A stretch of DNA of 64,000 nucleotides from Candidatus Micrarchaeota archaeon. GTDB taxonomy: Archaea; B1Sed10-29; B47-G15. The stretch spans positions 12,595 through 76,594 of the forward strand of contig QMVG01000004.1 in the NCBI GenBank assembly GCA_003660975.1, written 5' to 3'. Made by a program: the position numbers and the translations under genes. Below, piece after piece: positions 1-10,169 of the stretch (position 1 is its first letter; every line of letters starts with the position of its first letter). The notes under the pieces are model-generated. The model saw only the letters and a program-made list of their open reading frames with translations, had not been told where the DNA came from and searched no databases.

Positions 1-181
1 TTATTTCAATATCAAGGGGTATTAACATACCTTCGTCGTTCTGGTCCACTGCAACAAGATATACTCTTGAATACGCTCTTTCCATGCCATTGCTTTGCAA
101 ATCTCCCAAAAGCAAATCAAAGCCCGTAAAACCTATGAGGATAAATGTCAGTGAGACCGAGAACAGAATTGATTTGTTCAT
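1..181 (-). CDS. hypothetical protein, N-terminal fragment (ORF runs off the left edge of the window)
   Basis: My own minus-strand translation from ATG 181..179 gives MNKSILFSVSLTFILIGFTGFDLLLGDLQSNGMERAYSRVYLVAVDQNDEGMLIPLDIEI with no stop before position 1. The hydrophobic N-terminus looks like a signal/anchor. It is not in the ORF track because it is truncated. Confidence 0.35.
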   Translation of the reverse strand, partial: MNKSILFSVSLTFILIGFTGFDLLLGDLQSNGMERAYSRVYLVAVDQNDEGMLIPLDIEI

Positions 182-193
182 AAAACCACCTTT

Positions 194-469
194 GTGGTGA
201 GTACGTCTTGGGGTGGCAGTGCCTGCAAATCCCCCAGCTACCCAGAACCTCACTCAGTCCTGCAACCCCACAAGCACCCAACCCGCTTGTTATGGCTGCT
301 CCGTTCCCGGCCTGACCAGGTTCCAAACGGGCCGAGTCCTGCGGGACAAGACGTCAGCGCTTGGTCCTGGACTGGAGGACGGCAAGCACCACGCCCCCAA
401 GACTTCGACCCCCCCGTAAGCGGATTTGGGGTTACAGGAGACCGCTGACCTCCCGGCCTAACTCACCAC
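194..469 (-). ncRNA. ffs: signal recognition particle RNA (7S/SRP RNA)
   Basis: GC-rich island of about 276 nt in AT-rich DNA. Read on the minus strand, the 5' end GUGGUGAGU (469..461) pairs with the 3' end ACUCACCAC (202..194), like archaeal SRP helix 1. The segment 320..294 reads CCUGGUCAGGCCGGGAACGGAGCAGCC, which is the conserved helix-8 motif (GGAA tetraloop closed by CCG/CGG, then AGCAGCC). The three ORF-track ORFs here are spurious. Confidence 0.75.
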
Positions 470-607
470 AAATATTATGCAAAGACCTGCTTAAAAAGAT
501 TTTTCACTGAAGATGTGTATTGTCAATTCACGTGTAAATTACTCACTTTTGCATTCTAAGATAACTATAAATATCAGAATAGCGTAATAAATACGAGGTG
601 ACTGCTT

Positions 608-1693
608 GTGGAATCAATAGTTAGGAATGCACTAAACGTTGACGCTAAACCAGTAGCAAAACCATCACTCGCCGAAGGCCCCAAGATAGTTGTGGCTGGT
701 TGCGGCGGGGCGGGCAACAATACGCTCAACAGGCTTGCTAGATTGGGTGTTAGTGGTGCCGAGCTTATTGCGATTAACACTGACAAACAGCACTTAACAT
801 TGATACATGATTCTGTTAAGAAGCTGCTTATAGGTCAGAGTGTCACGCGAGGTTTGGGAGCTGGAGGCTTCCCAGAGGTTGGAGCAAAAGCTGCAGAGGT
901 TTCAAGAGCCACAATTGCCCAAGCGTTGGAAGGTACTGACATGCTGTTTATCACAGCAGGAATGGGAGGAGGAACAGGAACAGGTGCGTCTCCTATTGTT
1001 GCTGACGTTGCAAAGGAACAGGGAGCAATAGTAATAGCCATGGTTACATATCCTTTCAGACTTGAAAGGGCAAGGCTTATCAAAGCAGACCAGGGAATTG
1101 AAAAGCTCAGGAAAGTGGCAGACACAGTTATAATAATTGACAACAACAGACTTGTTGAGTTGGTGCCAAACTTGCCCATTGAACAAGCATTTAGCGTGGC
1201 TGACGAGGTTATCGCGAGAGCTGTTAAGGGAATAACTGAGACAATCACAACACCTTCTCTGATTAACTTGGACTACGCGGATGTCAGAAGCGTGATGACA
1301 CAGGGCGGTGTTTCAGTAATCTCAGTAGGAGAGACAAGAGGAGGACATTCAAGGGTAGAGTCAGTGGTTGAAGACACTCTAAAGAATTCCTTGCTGGATG
1401 TGGATTACACAGGAGCAACAGGAGCGCTAATCCATATAACAGGAGGGCCAGACCTCACACTCGGAGAGGCAAACGAGATAGGTGAGAGGCTCACAGAAGC
1501 AATAGACCCATCAGCGACTGTGATATGGGGAGCTAGGATAGTTCCTGAATATGAGGGAAGGATAGAAGTAATAGCCATTATGACAGGGGTCAAATCACCA
1601 CACATAAGAGGGCCAATGGCAGCAGCATTGAGGTCTAGCGAATTTGAAGATTCAGACCTTGACAAGGCTCTCGGCATAAAGATGCTGAGATAA
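608..1693 (+). CDS. ftsZ: FtsZ/tubulin-family GTPase (paralog A)
   Basis: [14 protein letters not shown]-terminal nucleotide-binding segment and [15 protein letters not shown] tubulin signature. GTG start as in the ORF track. Confidence 0.9.
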   Translation: MESIVRNALNVDAKPVAKPSLAEGPKIVVAGCGGAGNNTLNRLARLGVSGAELIAINTDKQHLTLIHDSVKKLLIGQSVTRGLGAGGFPEVGAKAAEVSRATIAQALEGTDMLFITAGMGGGTGTGASPIVADVAKEQGAIVIAMVTYPFRLERARLIKADQGIEKLRKVADTVIIIDNNRLVELVPNLPIEQAFSVADEVIARAVKGITETITTPSLINLDYADVRSVMTQGGVSVISVGETRGGHSRVESVVEDTLKNSLLDVDYTGATGALIHITGGPDLTLGEANEIGERLTEAIDPSATVIWGARIVPEYEGRIEVIAIMTGVKSPHIRGPMAAALRSSEFEDSDLDKALGIKMLR

Positions 1694-1743
1694 ACCACCT
1701 ATTTTTTGATTTTTCACAAATGCTTAGCTTTATTCATGTCGCC

Positions 1744-3132
1744 TTACGTGAAATAAGGCAAAGCACCCAGCAGAAGTGCTGCTCCAGTTATTATTGAGAA
1801 TATCCAAACAACAATCTTCGCCTTTTTCTTCGCCTTTTTTACCTTGCCCTTTTTCATAAAGAAGTATGCAAGGTCTTCAAGTATGTGCGCACCGTCAAAT
1901 ATAGCAAAAGGCAGGTAGTTTATTATTGCGATAGTGAAGTTTAAAGTGAAAGTCCAGTACAATATTTCCATAATTATCTTCTTCACCCAGATGCTGATAT
2001 CGTAGCTGCCTTTTTTAATGACATAATAGTCAAAGCCCATCAGACCATTTGCCCCTCTCTTGACCCATAATGTTCTATTTTCAGTCACTATCTGAGCTAT
2101 GCTGCCCGGGATGCGCTTTTCAAATACCACATCTATGTTTTTTATGATCTCGCCCGGTCTTAAGGACGCATTGAACGCGTTTGACTTGTTTATTACGTGA
2201 ACAACTTTTAGCCCCTCGACATAATCATGGCCCCATGGGATGAATGAAGGGGAAATGCTCATTGGATCGTAAACAAAATTGTTGGCAGCTGTTAGATAGA
2301 AAAGCATGAAGAAGCAGAAAAACACGAAAGCTGTTATTATGTTTGCCATCGAGCCAGCGGCAAAGACCCTCATCCTCTTTCTGACAGGACTTCTCTTCAA
2401 TTCATCCTCATCAGGCTCTGTAAAAGCACCCATTGGGAATATGCCAACAGTTAGGATTCCTAAGGACTTAACTTTTATTTTTTCCCTTCTTGCTATAATG
2501 CCATGAGCAATTTCATGAACTACCACAAGTATTACCAGGGCAAATACAGCGTGAAGGGGAATGTAAATAGGAGAACCAGGAATTTCAACACCAGGAATAA
2601 CAGGTGTTATTGAGGGAGCTGGTTTTATACCCATTAAGTATGAAACAAGAATGTTTGCAGAAGCAATGAGAAGCAAGAGTAGGGTTGTGAATCCAAGACC
2701 GCCAAAGATACTAACAGTGAATACAAGATTTATGAATGGCATCATTACAGTTTTTCCAAAGCTTCTGAGGACGTTTGGTGTTAGTATCTCTAGTCCAAGC
2801 ACATTTGGAGCCATGAGCAGTGTTAATATGAAAAAGTTCGACAAGATTGAGAGAACGTAAAGCACCACATAATTAATTGCCTTCTCTTTTTTTTCAAGGC
2901 TTAAATATAAGGCTGCTATCAAGCCAAAGGAAAATATAATCGCCATATCTGAAAAGTAATCCCAGAACCTTGTTTTGGCCAAGCTATCCAGTAAGCGCAG
3001 GCCCCTCTTTGTCCTAAACAAGCAAAGAACAGCGCCTTTTACTTCCACATTTTTTCTCTTTTTTAGGAAATATGCTGGAAGTATTACTAAAAATATAATC
3101 AGTATAAAAAACAAGTACAGCATAAAAATCAC
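1744..3132 (-). CDS. site-2 protease family (M50) intramembrane metalloprotease
   Basis: Multi-pass membrane protein with HEIAHG (HExxH) and NYLPFAIFDGAHI (NxxPxxxxDG) motifs. Confidence 0.8.
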   Translation of the reverse strand: MIFMLYLFFILIIFLVILPAYFLKKRKNVEVKGAVLCLFRTKRGLRLLDSLAKTRFWDYFSDMAIIFSFGLIAALYLSLEKKEKAINYVVLYVLSILSNFFILTLLMAPNVLGLEILTPNVLRSFGKTVMMPFINLVFTVSIFGGLGFTTLLLLLIASANILVSYLMGIKPAPSITPVIPGVEIPGSPIYIPLHAVFALVILVVVHEIAHGIIARREKIKVKSLGILTVGIFPMGAFTEPDEDELKRSPVRKRMRVFAAGSMANIITAFVFFCFFMLFYLTAANNFVYDPMSISPSFIPWGHDYVEGLKVVHVINKSNAFNASLRPGEIIKNIDVVFEKRIPGSIAQIVTENRTLWVKRGANGLMGFDYYVIKKGSYDISIWVKKIIMEILYWTFTLNFTIAIINYLPFAIFDGAHILEDLAYFFMKKGKVKKAKKKAKIVVWIFSIITGAALLLGALPYFT

Positions 3133-3575
3133 TTTTTCTTTATTTTCACAATGTCTCCCAGCGTTAAGGCCCCTGTCTTCAACTTCGTTTCTATATGCTC
3201 TCTCTTTACTGTTTGCAGCAGTTCTATTTTCAAAAGCTTTTCAAGCTTCTTTGCGAGTTTTTCTGGTGGCTTCATCTTGCCCTGCTCTATTTTCTTTATC
3301 ACTGACAACTTCTCATTTACCTTTTTGGCTAAGTCCTCCTGCTCCATTCCAAACTCTTTTCTTGCCTTTCTGATGCGTTCATTGTAGTCCTCTACGACAT
3401 CTATTTCAGTTTCCTCCTCAATTTTACGGGCTTTTTTCTGAGCAGTTTTTTTAGCTCTGTATTTTGATATGAAAACCCCGTGATGCTTACATGCCCTACA
3501 CACAAGCATTTGCGTGCCTTCTACTGATATGACATATAAGTCGTCTGTCTTTCTACCACAGATTTCACACTCCAT
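3129..3575 (-). CDS. mbf1: multiprotein bridging factor 1 (MBF1)-like transcription cofactor
   Basis: N-terminal zinc ribbon (CEICGRK...CRAC) plus C-terminal Cro/C1-type HTH (GMEQEDLAKKVNEKLSVIKKIEQGK), which is the archaeal MBF1 layout. Confidence 0.8.
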   Translation of the reverse strand: MECEICGRKTDDLYVISVEGTQMLVCRACKHHGVFISKYRAKKTAQKKARKIEEETEIDVVEDYNERIRKARKEFGMEQEDLAKKVNEKLSVIKKIEQGKMKPPEKLAKKLEKLLKIELLQTVKREHIETKLKTGALTLGDIVKIKKK

Positions 3576-3581
3576 AGTGCA

Positions 3582-4166
3582 TCATTCTATCTCTATAATG
3601 TCATCATCCTTTCTTTTATTGCTTTTAAGTTTCTGTAGTTCCACTTCCAATATGCCGTTTTTATACGTTGCTTTTCTGTGGCTTCTCTTTACTTTGGCAG
3701 GTAATTCAACTTTTTTGTAGAATTTGCCAGGAACCTCTATGGTCAAATATTTGCCATCTTTTGACAGCCTAACTTCTATGTCCTTCTTGCTCACGCCTGG
3801 AAGCTCTGCCAAGACTGATATTGTTCTGTCTTTTTCAATAACATCTACAAGTGGTTCCCTTATAGCTATGCTGTCAGGCCCTTTTATGTGCCTCGTATTC
3901 CCAAATTCCTCCATCTTTATCTTTCCGTCAGGCCCTATTTTTATGGAAAAGCCCTTAACAACTTTTCTGGGCTTGCCTGGCTCAATAGACGACATTTCTC
4001 TCATCATCCTCTCCAAGTCCTCACTTATCTGCCTAAACATGTTGAAAAAGTCATCATCTGACAAGCCTATATTCATCACAGGTTTTATATCATCTTCAAA
4101 GAAATCGTCATCATCTTTTTTCTTCTTTTTTCTATTTTTCTTCTTATTGATCCATATGCGCATCAA
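3582..4166 (-). CDS. hsp20: small heat shock protein, Hsp20/alpha-crystallin family
   Basis: Alpha-crystallin domain DVIEKDRTISVLAELPGVSKKDIEVRL...ATYKNGILEVEL. Lys/Asp-rich N-terminal extension. Confidence 0.85.
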   Translation of the reverse strand: MMRIWINKKKNRKKKKKDDDDFFEDDIKPVMNIGLSDDDFFNMFRQISEDLERMMREMSSIEPGKPRKVVKGFSIKIGPDGKIKMEEFGNTRHIKGPDSIAIREPLVDVIEKDRTISVLAELPGVSKKDIEVRLSKDGKYLTIEVPGKFYKKVELPAKVKRSHRKATYKNGILEVELQKLKSNKRKDDDIIEIE

Positions 4167-4197
4167 ATCACCACTTTAATTATTGCTTACAACATTA

Positions 4198-5088
4198 TTA
4201 AAGCATTCTCATGGCGTTTTTCATGGACAGTATTGGGATTTTATACGACATAATATACTGCTCATAGTATGCATTTCTTGGCAAGACAACGACGCGAAAA
4301 TCTTTGCTAAGCCCTTCTCTTATTAGGTGGTTTCCAGATGTGAACTCATAACTGAATATGCCGCTCCCTTCGCTGACTGTTATGATATAAAAAAAGCAGG
4401 CGTCAGGCGAAATCACTGCTATGTGGCTGCCAATGGGCATTTCTTTTAATTTTGACAGCTTTTTGTGAATTTGCTCAGCAGCCTCTCTAATGCCAAGCGC
4501 TCTGATACTGTTAATCCTGGCTCTTTTTTTGGAATTTTTGGCCTTAATATAAATCCTATTGTCAATCACATCAAAGTATTTTGCAGAAAAGCCAGCCTTA
4601 TTTACAACCTCTTCTATGTTTAAGATGTCTCCTTTTTTCTCGTCAATGAACGGCACTGCAAAATCCATTGAGAAACTAATTAAAATCTCTTTTATCTGCT
4701 TTAAATTTTTCATTTGAATTAGGTGCTTCTTCCACGATGACAAGCTGTCCTGCAATATCACGGCCTTACTATATTTTATTTCCCTGTCCTCTTCACTTAT
4801 GGTTTCACTTATGAAACAGTGGGCTGTTCCTTCCCGTATCGTATGAAACAGATAAGCCAGCTCCTCCTTTGCGTATTCAAGAGCGCTGTAAAAGGTCTGT
4901 ATGTCATCATAGGGGGATACAATGGCTTTAACAGCTACTGGCAGGCCTTCCTCTCTTGCAGCGCCGGATATGTACAAAGCCAGAGGCAAAACATTATTTC
5001 CTATAACAAGTACAGCCTCCATTGGCTTTAGGTCAAGCAGCCTATAACTGTCCTCAAATACTGTCATATCTTTGTTTAAGTAGCTCAA
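4198..5088 (-). CDS. hypothetical protein
   Basis: Long uninterrupted ORF (296 aa) in a gene-dense context. No motif I recognise. Confidence 0.5.
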   Translation of the reverse strand: MSYLNKDMTVFEDSYRLLDLKPMEAVLVIGNNVLPLALYISGAAREEGLPVAVKAIVSPYDDIQTFYSALEYAKEELAYLFHTIREGTAHCFISETISEEDREIKYSKAVILQDSLSSWKKHLIQMKNLKQIKEILISFSMDFAVPFIDEKKGDILNIEEVVNKAGFSAKYFDVIDNRIYIKAKNSKKRARINSIRALGIREAAEQIHKKLSKLKEMPIGSHIAVISPDACFFYIITVSEGSGIFSYEFTSGNHLIREGLSKDFRVVVLPRNAYYEQYIMSYKIPILSMKNAMRML

Positions 5089-5182
5089 GTTATTAAGATT
5101 TCTGTCAGGTTAGCAGTAATTTGCACTTCCAATAGTTTTTTATATTAAAAATACATTTAGCATTTATGTTAAAGGTGCGTTT

Positions 5183-5419
5183 ATGGTTGTTAGGGTTTCT
5201 CAAATGTACGGTCTTGAAATCTACGACACAGATGGCTCTTACATAGGTAAGGCATATGATTTAATCCTCAATCTGGAGAAAGGAGAAGTTGTTAGAATAA
5301 CTACCGAGCCTTTGGGAAAGATAAAATCCCCAGAGAAAATAGAGGAAATTATAAAAAGAAAGAGCATACTCTTTTCTAGGGTTAGGAACATAAAAGACAT
5401 CATTGTAGTTAATAAATAA
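5183..5419 (+). CDS. PRC-barrel domain protein
   Basis: YGLEIYDTDGSYIGKAYDLILNLEKGEVVRI matches the PRC-barrel pattern (G..V.d..G..iG.v.D...d...g.v). Small 78-aa protein. Confidence 0.55.
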   Translation: MVVRVSQMYGLEIYDTDGSYIGKAYDLILNLEKGEVVRITTEPLGKIKSPEKIEEIIKRKSILFSRVRNIKDIIVVNK

Positions 5420-5441
5420 AAATATAGAAATAGTAAAAGGT

Positions 5442-6167
5442 TTATCTCTTCCTCTTTCTCTTGTACGTCTCTACCTTGCCAAACATGTCGTCAAAGAATG
5501 CCTGATGCTTTCTTGCTGCTGACGCTATGGCATCTTTAAGCCCATAGCCAAATGCCAGGGCAAGTCCAACTCCAAATGCTATAGCTGCTGCACCAAAGAA
5601 GAGCTCAAACGCTCTTGTTAGTATTGTCACGTCAACGCCTGGCAGTATCAAAGGCAATGCTAATACCAGTGCTATGTACGCGAAGAATATCTGTATTATC
5701 ACTGCGATCACGCCAGTGAATGGCAGTTCTTTTGTCTTGGTTATAAGAGCTCCTATGTAATCAGCCAGCAATATCGCCACTAGGATTACAAGCATTCCCT
5801 CAACAAGGCTTGGGATATAAGCTACTATTCCCACCAGTATCTCTGCCAGCACTGCTATTTGGACATAGTCCGCTGCTGCGCCTAAGAACGCTAGAATAAC
5901 AAAGACATTCACCAGGAATGTCACTAAGCGCGTGAACGTGAAGTCACCTATTATCCTCTTTATTCCGTGTGCTGCTAATAGCTGCTCCACTTTTAGTTCT
6001 TTGAACAGTTTCTCTATGATATAGTTTATGACCTTTGCCACTGCATATCCGACAATGAAAAACACTGCTACTACTAGGATTGCTACCAGTGCATCCACTG
6101 CATCTACTGCAAGGCTGTATAGTGGTTCAGGCAAACTTGCGAATATTGAGGCTCCCAAACTGGCCAT
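5442..6167 (-). CDS. integral membrane protein, function unknown
   Basis: 241-aa ORF with about 6 hydrophobic helices and a basic C-terminal tail (KRKRKR). Confidence 0.5.
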   Translation of the reverse strand: MASLGASIFASLPEPLYSLAVDAVDALVAILVVAVFFIVGYAVAKVINYIIEKLFKELKVEQLLAAHGIKRIIGDFTFTRLVTFLVNVFVILAFLGAAADYVQIAVLAEILVGIVAYIPSLVEGMLVILVAILLADYIGALITKTKELPFTGVIAVIIQIFFAYIALVLALPLILPGVDVTILTRAFELFFGAAAIAFGVGLALAFGYGLKDAIASAARKHQAFFDDMFGKVETYKRKRKR

Positions 6168-6300
6168 CTATTCACCTCCGAAATGAGAGAAATCAGAACT
6201 TATTTATAAATATTTCTAAAATGACTTACATTATTCCGTTATATGTCGTAATTTGCTAATCTTTTTATTATTCTCTTGTGTTAGATATGTGGTGATATTA

Positions 6301-6696
6301 ATGACAGAGGATAAGAGAAAAGCAACAGAGGATATGCATGAAAATACTGATGATGAGGAACTTGATAAGACGCTAAACCTTCCTTTTCCTAATGCAACAC
6401 TTGTAAGGTTAATGAAACAACACATATCTCCAAATAAAATGATAAAGAAAGAAGTGAAGATTGCCATGAATAGGTTTTTAGGTGATATAGTTAGAGAGGT
6501 TTCAGAGAAGATGAATGAATACCCATATGCAATGATTGATTACAGGATGTTTGAGGAGGCAATAAGACCATACAAGTTGGTGAAGGAAATGGACAGAGAA
6601 AAAGAGAGGCTTATGCACCATCTTGACACGATAGTACAAGACTGCCTTTCAATAAAGAGAGACTTAGATAATAAATTTGGTTCTTCAGAGCTGTGA
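6301..6696 (+). CDS. histone-fold-like protein with acidic N-terminal and helical C-terminal extensions
   Basis: LPFPNATLVRLMKQHISPNKMIKKEVKIAMNRFLGDIVREVSEKMNE follows the archaeal histone / NF-Y-like helix-strand-helix pattern (LP.A...R..K....IS.EA...L...L..I). Start moved to the internal ATG at 6301 because the first 16 codons of the ORF-track ORF are hydrophobic junk. Confidence 0.5.
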   Translation: MTEDKRKATEDMHENTDDEELDKTLNLPFPNATLVRLMKQHISPNKMIKKEVKIAMNRFLGDIVREVSEKMNEYPYAMIDYRMFEEAIRPYKLVKEMDREKERLMHHLDTIVQDCLSIKRDLDNKFGSSEL

Positions 6697-7161
6697 GCTG
6701 TGTAGTAAGCTCCTTTCCTTCTTGCTCAGTATGAGACCAGTTTCAGCACTTGCCTTAACAGTTAGTACTGCCAAAGCATCGCTTATAAAATTGAATGCCC
6801 AAATGTGAGTATCTTCCTCTATGCTTAGTGTTGCTATTAACTGATTGAAGCGCTTTGCAGGGATTTCAGCAAATGCCTTTTCAAACAGTTCTTCCTCCCA
6901 AAAACCAAGCTTTGAACTGTCTATGAAACCAGAAGGGCTTTTAATTGCTTCTGAGCCCTTGCTAAGCTCGACGCTGCCTTCATTTACTGAGCAGGCCACA
7001 ACCTCATTGGATTCAGGGTTGTAGTATGACAATATCCATTCGCTTGGGATAAAAGGAAGTTTTGATATGCCAACACAGGAGCTAAGTGCAAAACCCTCAG
7101 ACATAATCTTTCTCACAGCGTCTGAGTTTTCAGCTTTTTTTATCGCTTCTTTTGCGTTCAT
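6685..7161 (-). CDS. hypothetical protein
   Basis: 158-aa ORF with no recognisable motif. Confidence 0.45.
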   Translation of the reverse strand: MNAKEAIKKAENSDAVRKIMSEGFALSSCVGISKLPFIPSEWILSYYNPESNEVVACSVNEGSVELSKGSEAIKSPSGFIDSSKLGFWEEELFEKAFAEIPAKRFNQLIATLSIEEDTHIWAFNFISDALAVLTVKASAETGLILSKKERSLLHSSQL

Positions 7162-7186
7162 TTTCCCACCGAGGTGATATTTTTAT

Positions 7187-9067
7187 ATGCTTTCATCTAT
7201 TAATAAGCCCATGGTTGATAAAGAATTGGAAGAAGAGATAAAGGTAATAGGACTTACCAAATATCTAATAAACTTGCCTTCTCCAAAGCTGACAGTTTTC
7301 CTAATATTGGCTGTTTCCTTCATAGCTTCTCTTCTCGGCTACTGTGCTATGCTGGGCTGTTCTGATATTGTTGCCAATCTTCCGAATATCTTGTTTTTAG
7401 CTCTCCTTTACTTGGCCACACCCGCATTTTTTTCATCAATAATCAACACTATGGCCTCACGGTTCAGCAGAAAAGAGATAATACTCAAAAGGTCTCTTTT
7501 TCTCTCATTTTTTGGTTTGCTCATTGTTTCATCACTTTTTGTGATTGCCTGCCTGTTTTCCTCTTTCTTCAACGGAAAGTACTTCTATGATATAATGATA
7601 TTCGCATATACCATAGTACTTGCTGAGCAGGTCTTTATCATAATGGTAACACACCCCTACAATATGTTGCAGACAGTTATGGTTTCTCTTGTTTATCCCC
7701 TGATAGGCATACTGGTAATGAAGCCAGTTAAGTTCCTTTCATTGCTTCCTATGGAGATAGCAGCTGTAAATCCCATAACCATCCTGTTAAAATTCTCCAT
7801 AGCCACAACCGTTGTTCTTCTGGGCATATGGCTTTTCGTTTACGTGGTAAATGCCCCAATGAAAAGGAACTTCAATGTAAAGTCCATAGAAATGGCAAAG
7901 CTCTTCCTAGGCCATTGGTATGACTATTCAAGTGCTATAGAGGATAAACTCAAACAGATGGGAACAAAAGCAAAGACATGGATAGGCATACTCTCTTTTA
8001 AGAAAGGAAGTAAATTGAAAGTATTGCTCGTAACTCCCTACCTCCACCCAGGTCCCTTTGGAGAAGTTGGCGGCTCTAAGCTTAGCAAAATCTTTTCGGA
8101 CACTTTAGAGGAGGAGACAGGGGCGAATGTCATAGTCACTCATGGCACAGTAACCTTTGATCTGAATCCCCTAACTACTGATTCCCTGTATCATAGCTGT
8201 GAACAGGTTTTAGAGGAGATTCCTAAGATAAAATATAGTAAATCGGCGTCAGCAATGATACGGTGCAGAGACGGAGATCTACAGATGTCTGGCCAGCTTT
8301 TTGGTAATACTGTTTTTATGACATCAACGTTAAGTCCAAAACCCACAGAGGACATTGACTTTGCTGTTGGCGTAGCAGCTATGAATGAATTGAAGGAGAG
8401 CTTTCCAAATGCCATATATGCTGACTGCCACAATTGCTACCACAACGCAGGAGATTATGCCATCCTATCAGCCAACCCGAAGTTCTTCAACATCCTGAAT
8501 GCTGCTAGAAAGCTGGGCAAATTACTGAAAAGAGAGAAGAAAAGGAAAATAAAGGCAGGTTATGCGCATGACCCAATGAGCAATTACTCATTAGAAGAAG
8601 GGATAGGGCCAACAGGCTTAAGGGTTCTTGTACTTAGTGTTGGCGGTATCAAAAACGCTTACATAATTTTTGATGCCAACAACATGGAGGTTGGTTTAAG
8701 GGATCGGATTATAGAGGCAGTTAGGAAGCTCGGCATAGATGATGCAGAGGTTATGACAACAGATTCACATATAGTAAATAATCTCAGAGGTGTCGAGAAC
8801 CCTCTGGGCATGAAGATAGACACAGACGAGATTGTTAACCATGTTGTTGATACTGTTAGACGAGCATTGAATGACTTGGAAGAGGTTGAAGTTGGAGGCA
8901 AAACAGTAGAAGTTTCTGATATAGATGTTTTTGGTCCCCAAAAAGCAGCGGAGATTGTTGCCACCATAGACTCATTAGTTTCTGTGATGAAGATTGTGGG
9001 GCCCATTATTTTCATTTCTTCCTTATTTTTGGCATTTGTACTGCAGACATCTGTTATTGGGTGGTGA
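7187..9067 (+). CDS. large multi-pass membrane protein with C-terminal soluble domain (possibly the archaeal DUF2070-type family)
   Basis: 626 aa. The N-terminal ~230 aa are strongly hydrophobic, followed by a soluble region and a final TM helix. The family name is a recollection only. Confidence 0.6.
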   Translation: MLSSINKPMVDKELEEEIKVIGLTKYLINLPSPKLTVFLILAVSFIASLLGYCAMLGCSDIVANLPNILFLALLYLATPAFFSSIINTMASRFSRKEIILKRSLFLSFFGLLIVSSLFVIACLFSSFFNGKYFYDIMIFAYTIVLAEQVFIIMVTHPYNMLQTVMVSLVYPLIGILVMKPVKFLSLLPMEIAAVNPITILLKFSIATTVVLLGIWLFVYVVNAPMKRNFNVKSIEMAKLFLGHWYDYSSAIEDKLKQMGTKAKTWIGILSFKKGSKLKVLLVTPYLHPGPFGEVGGSKLSKIFSDTLEEETGANVIVTHGTVTFDLNPLTTDSLYHSCEQVLEEIPKIKYSKSASAMIRCRDGDLQMSGQLFGNTVFMTSTLSPKPTEDIDFAVGVAAMNELKESFPNAIYADCHNCYHNAGDYAILSANPKFFNILNAARKLGKLLKREKKRKIKAGYAHDPMSNYSLEEGIGPTGLRVLVLSVGGIKNAYIIFDANNMEVGLRDRIIEAVRKLGIDDAEVMTTDSHIVNNLRGVENPLGMKIDTDEIVNHVVDTVRRALNDLEEVEVGGKTVEVSDIDVFGPQKAAEIVATIDSLVSVMKIVGPIIFISSLFLAFVLQTSVIGW

Positions 9068-9068
9068 T

Positions 9069-10169
9069 ATGAGGATAGGTTTTTTCAGCGACACTTATTT
9101 CCCTGAGACAAACGGTGTTGTGATGAGCATAAATATCTTTGGCGGGGAATTGGTTAGAAGAGGCCATGAGGTTCATGTTATCTGTCCAAAGAGCGATAGG
9201 ACAGAGGAAAGAGGCATGAAGATTCATTCTAGAAATGGCATTCCTTTTCTGCCTTATCCAGGTTATATAATTGCATTCCCTTGGGGGCCTGTTCCTGACT
9301 TGGATATAGTCCACGCACACGGCCCATTTACCATGGGCATACATGCCGTGCATACTGCGCATAAACAAAAGATTCCCTTGGTGGCCACTTTCCACACTAT
9401 GCTTCCAGATTATGTCCATTACATAGCGCCTTATGGAAAGCGAATTATGTCCAGAGTAGCAGAAGCTTATTGCTATTGGCACTATTCATATTACGATAAG
9501 GTCATTGTTCCGAGCCATGTTATAAAGAGGAAGGTCAGCGCTTGGATAAAAAACGAGATAGAGGTAATACCAACAGGCACTGACACCAAGTTGTTTAGGC
9601 CCATAAGAAAGAGCATAGCCAGAAAGAAAATGAAGTTAGAAGCTTATGATAAGATTTATCTTTATCTTGGCAGGATAGGGATGGAGAAAAACATAGATGT
9701 GTTGCTGAAAGCTGCAAGGAAATTCCTAAAAAAGAACGACATACTTGTTATAGCAGGCAAGGGTCCGTGGGAAGCCGAAATGCACCGCCTCATCAAAAGA
9801 TTAGGCATAGAGAAGCATGTTAGGTACTTGGGTTTCCTAGAGCGGGATATGGTTCCTTACTGTTATGCAGCTGCTGATGTTTTTATAACAGCCAGCGAAA
9901 GCGAGACACAGGGATTGGTTTTAACTGAAGCAATGGCTTGTGGCACTCCTGTTGTAGCAGCGAACGCATTGGCAATTCCAGAGATAGTTAAGGACGGTGT
10001 AAATGGTTATCTATTTCCCGCAGGGGATTATGAGGCTCTTGCAGAGATAATCTTGAAAAAGGAGTTTACTAAGTCAATGATAAAAGAAGCGTATAAAACA
10101 GCAAACGAGTTTTCAGTTGATAGCAGCGTGAGTAAGTTAGAGGCTTTATATAACAGCTTAATAGAATAG
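9069..10169 (+). CDS. glycosyltransferase, GT4-like (GT-B fold)
   Basis: Starts MRIGFFSDTYFPETNGV at ATG 9069, 1 nt after the upstream stop. C-terminal ESETQGLVLTEAMACGTPVVA (E-x7-E) motif. Confidence 0.85.
   Translation: MRIGFFSDTYFPETNGVVMSINIFGGELVRRGHEVHVICPKSDRTEERGMKIHSRNGIPFLPYPGYIIAFPWGPVPDLDIVHAHGPFTMGIHAVHTAHKQKIPLVATFHTMLPDYVHYIAPYGKRIMSRVAEAYCYWHYSYYDKVIVPSHVIKRKVSAWIKNEIEVIPTGTDTKLFRPIRKSIARKKMKLEAYDKIYLYLGRIGMEKNIDVLLKAARKFLKKNDILVIAGKGPWEAEMHRLIKRLGIEKHVRYLGFLERDMVPYCYAAADVFITASESETQGLVLTEAMACGTPVVAANALAIPEIVKDGVNGYLFPAGDYEALAEIILKKEFTKSMIKEAYKTANEFSVDSSVSKLEALYNSLIE

Noticed and set aside
117-448. Three overlapping ORFs (117..326 -, 194..448 +, 213..419 +) in the GC-rich island.
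   Set aside because: The region folds as SRP RNA with the conserved helix-8 motif. The ORFs are Pro/Gly/Ser-rich GC-driven artefacts.
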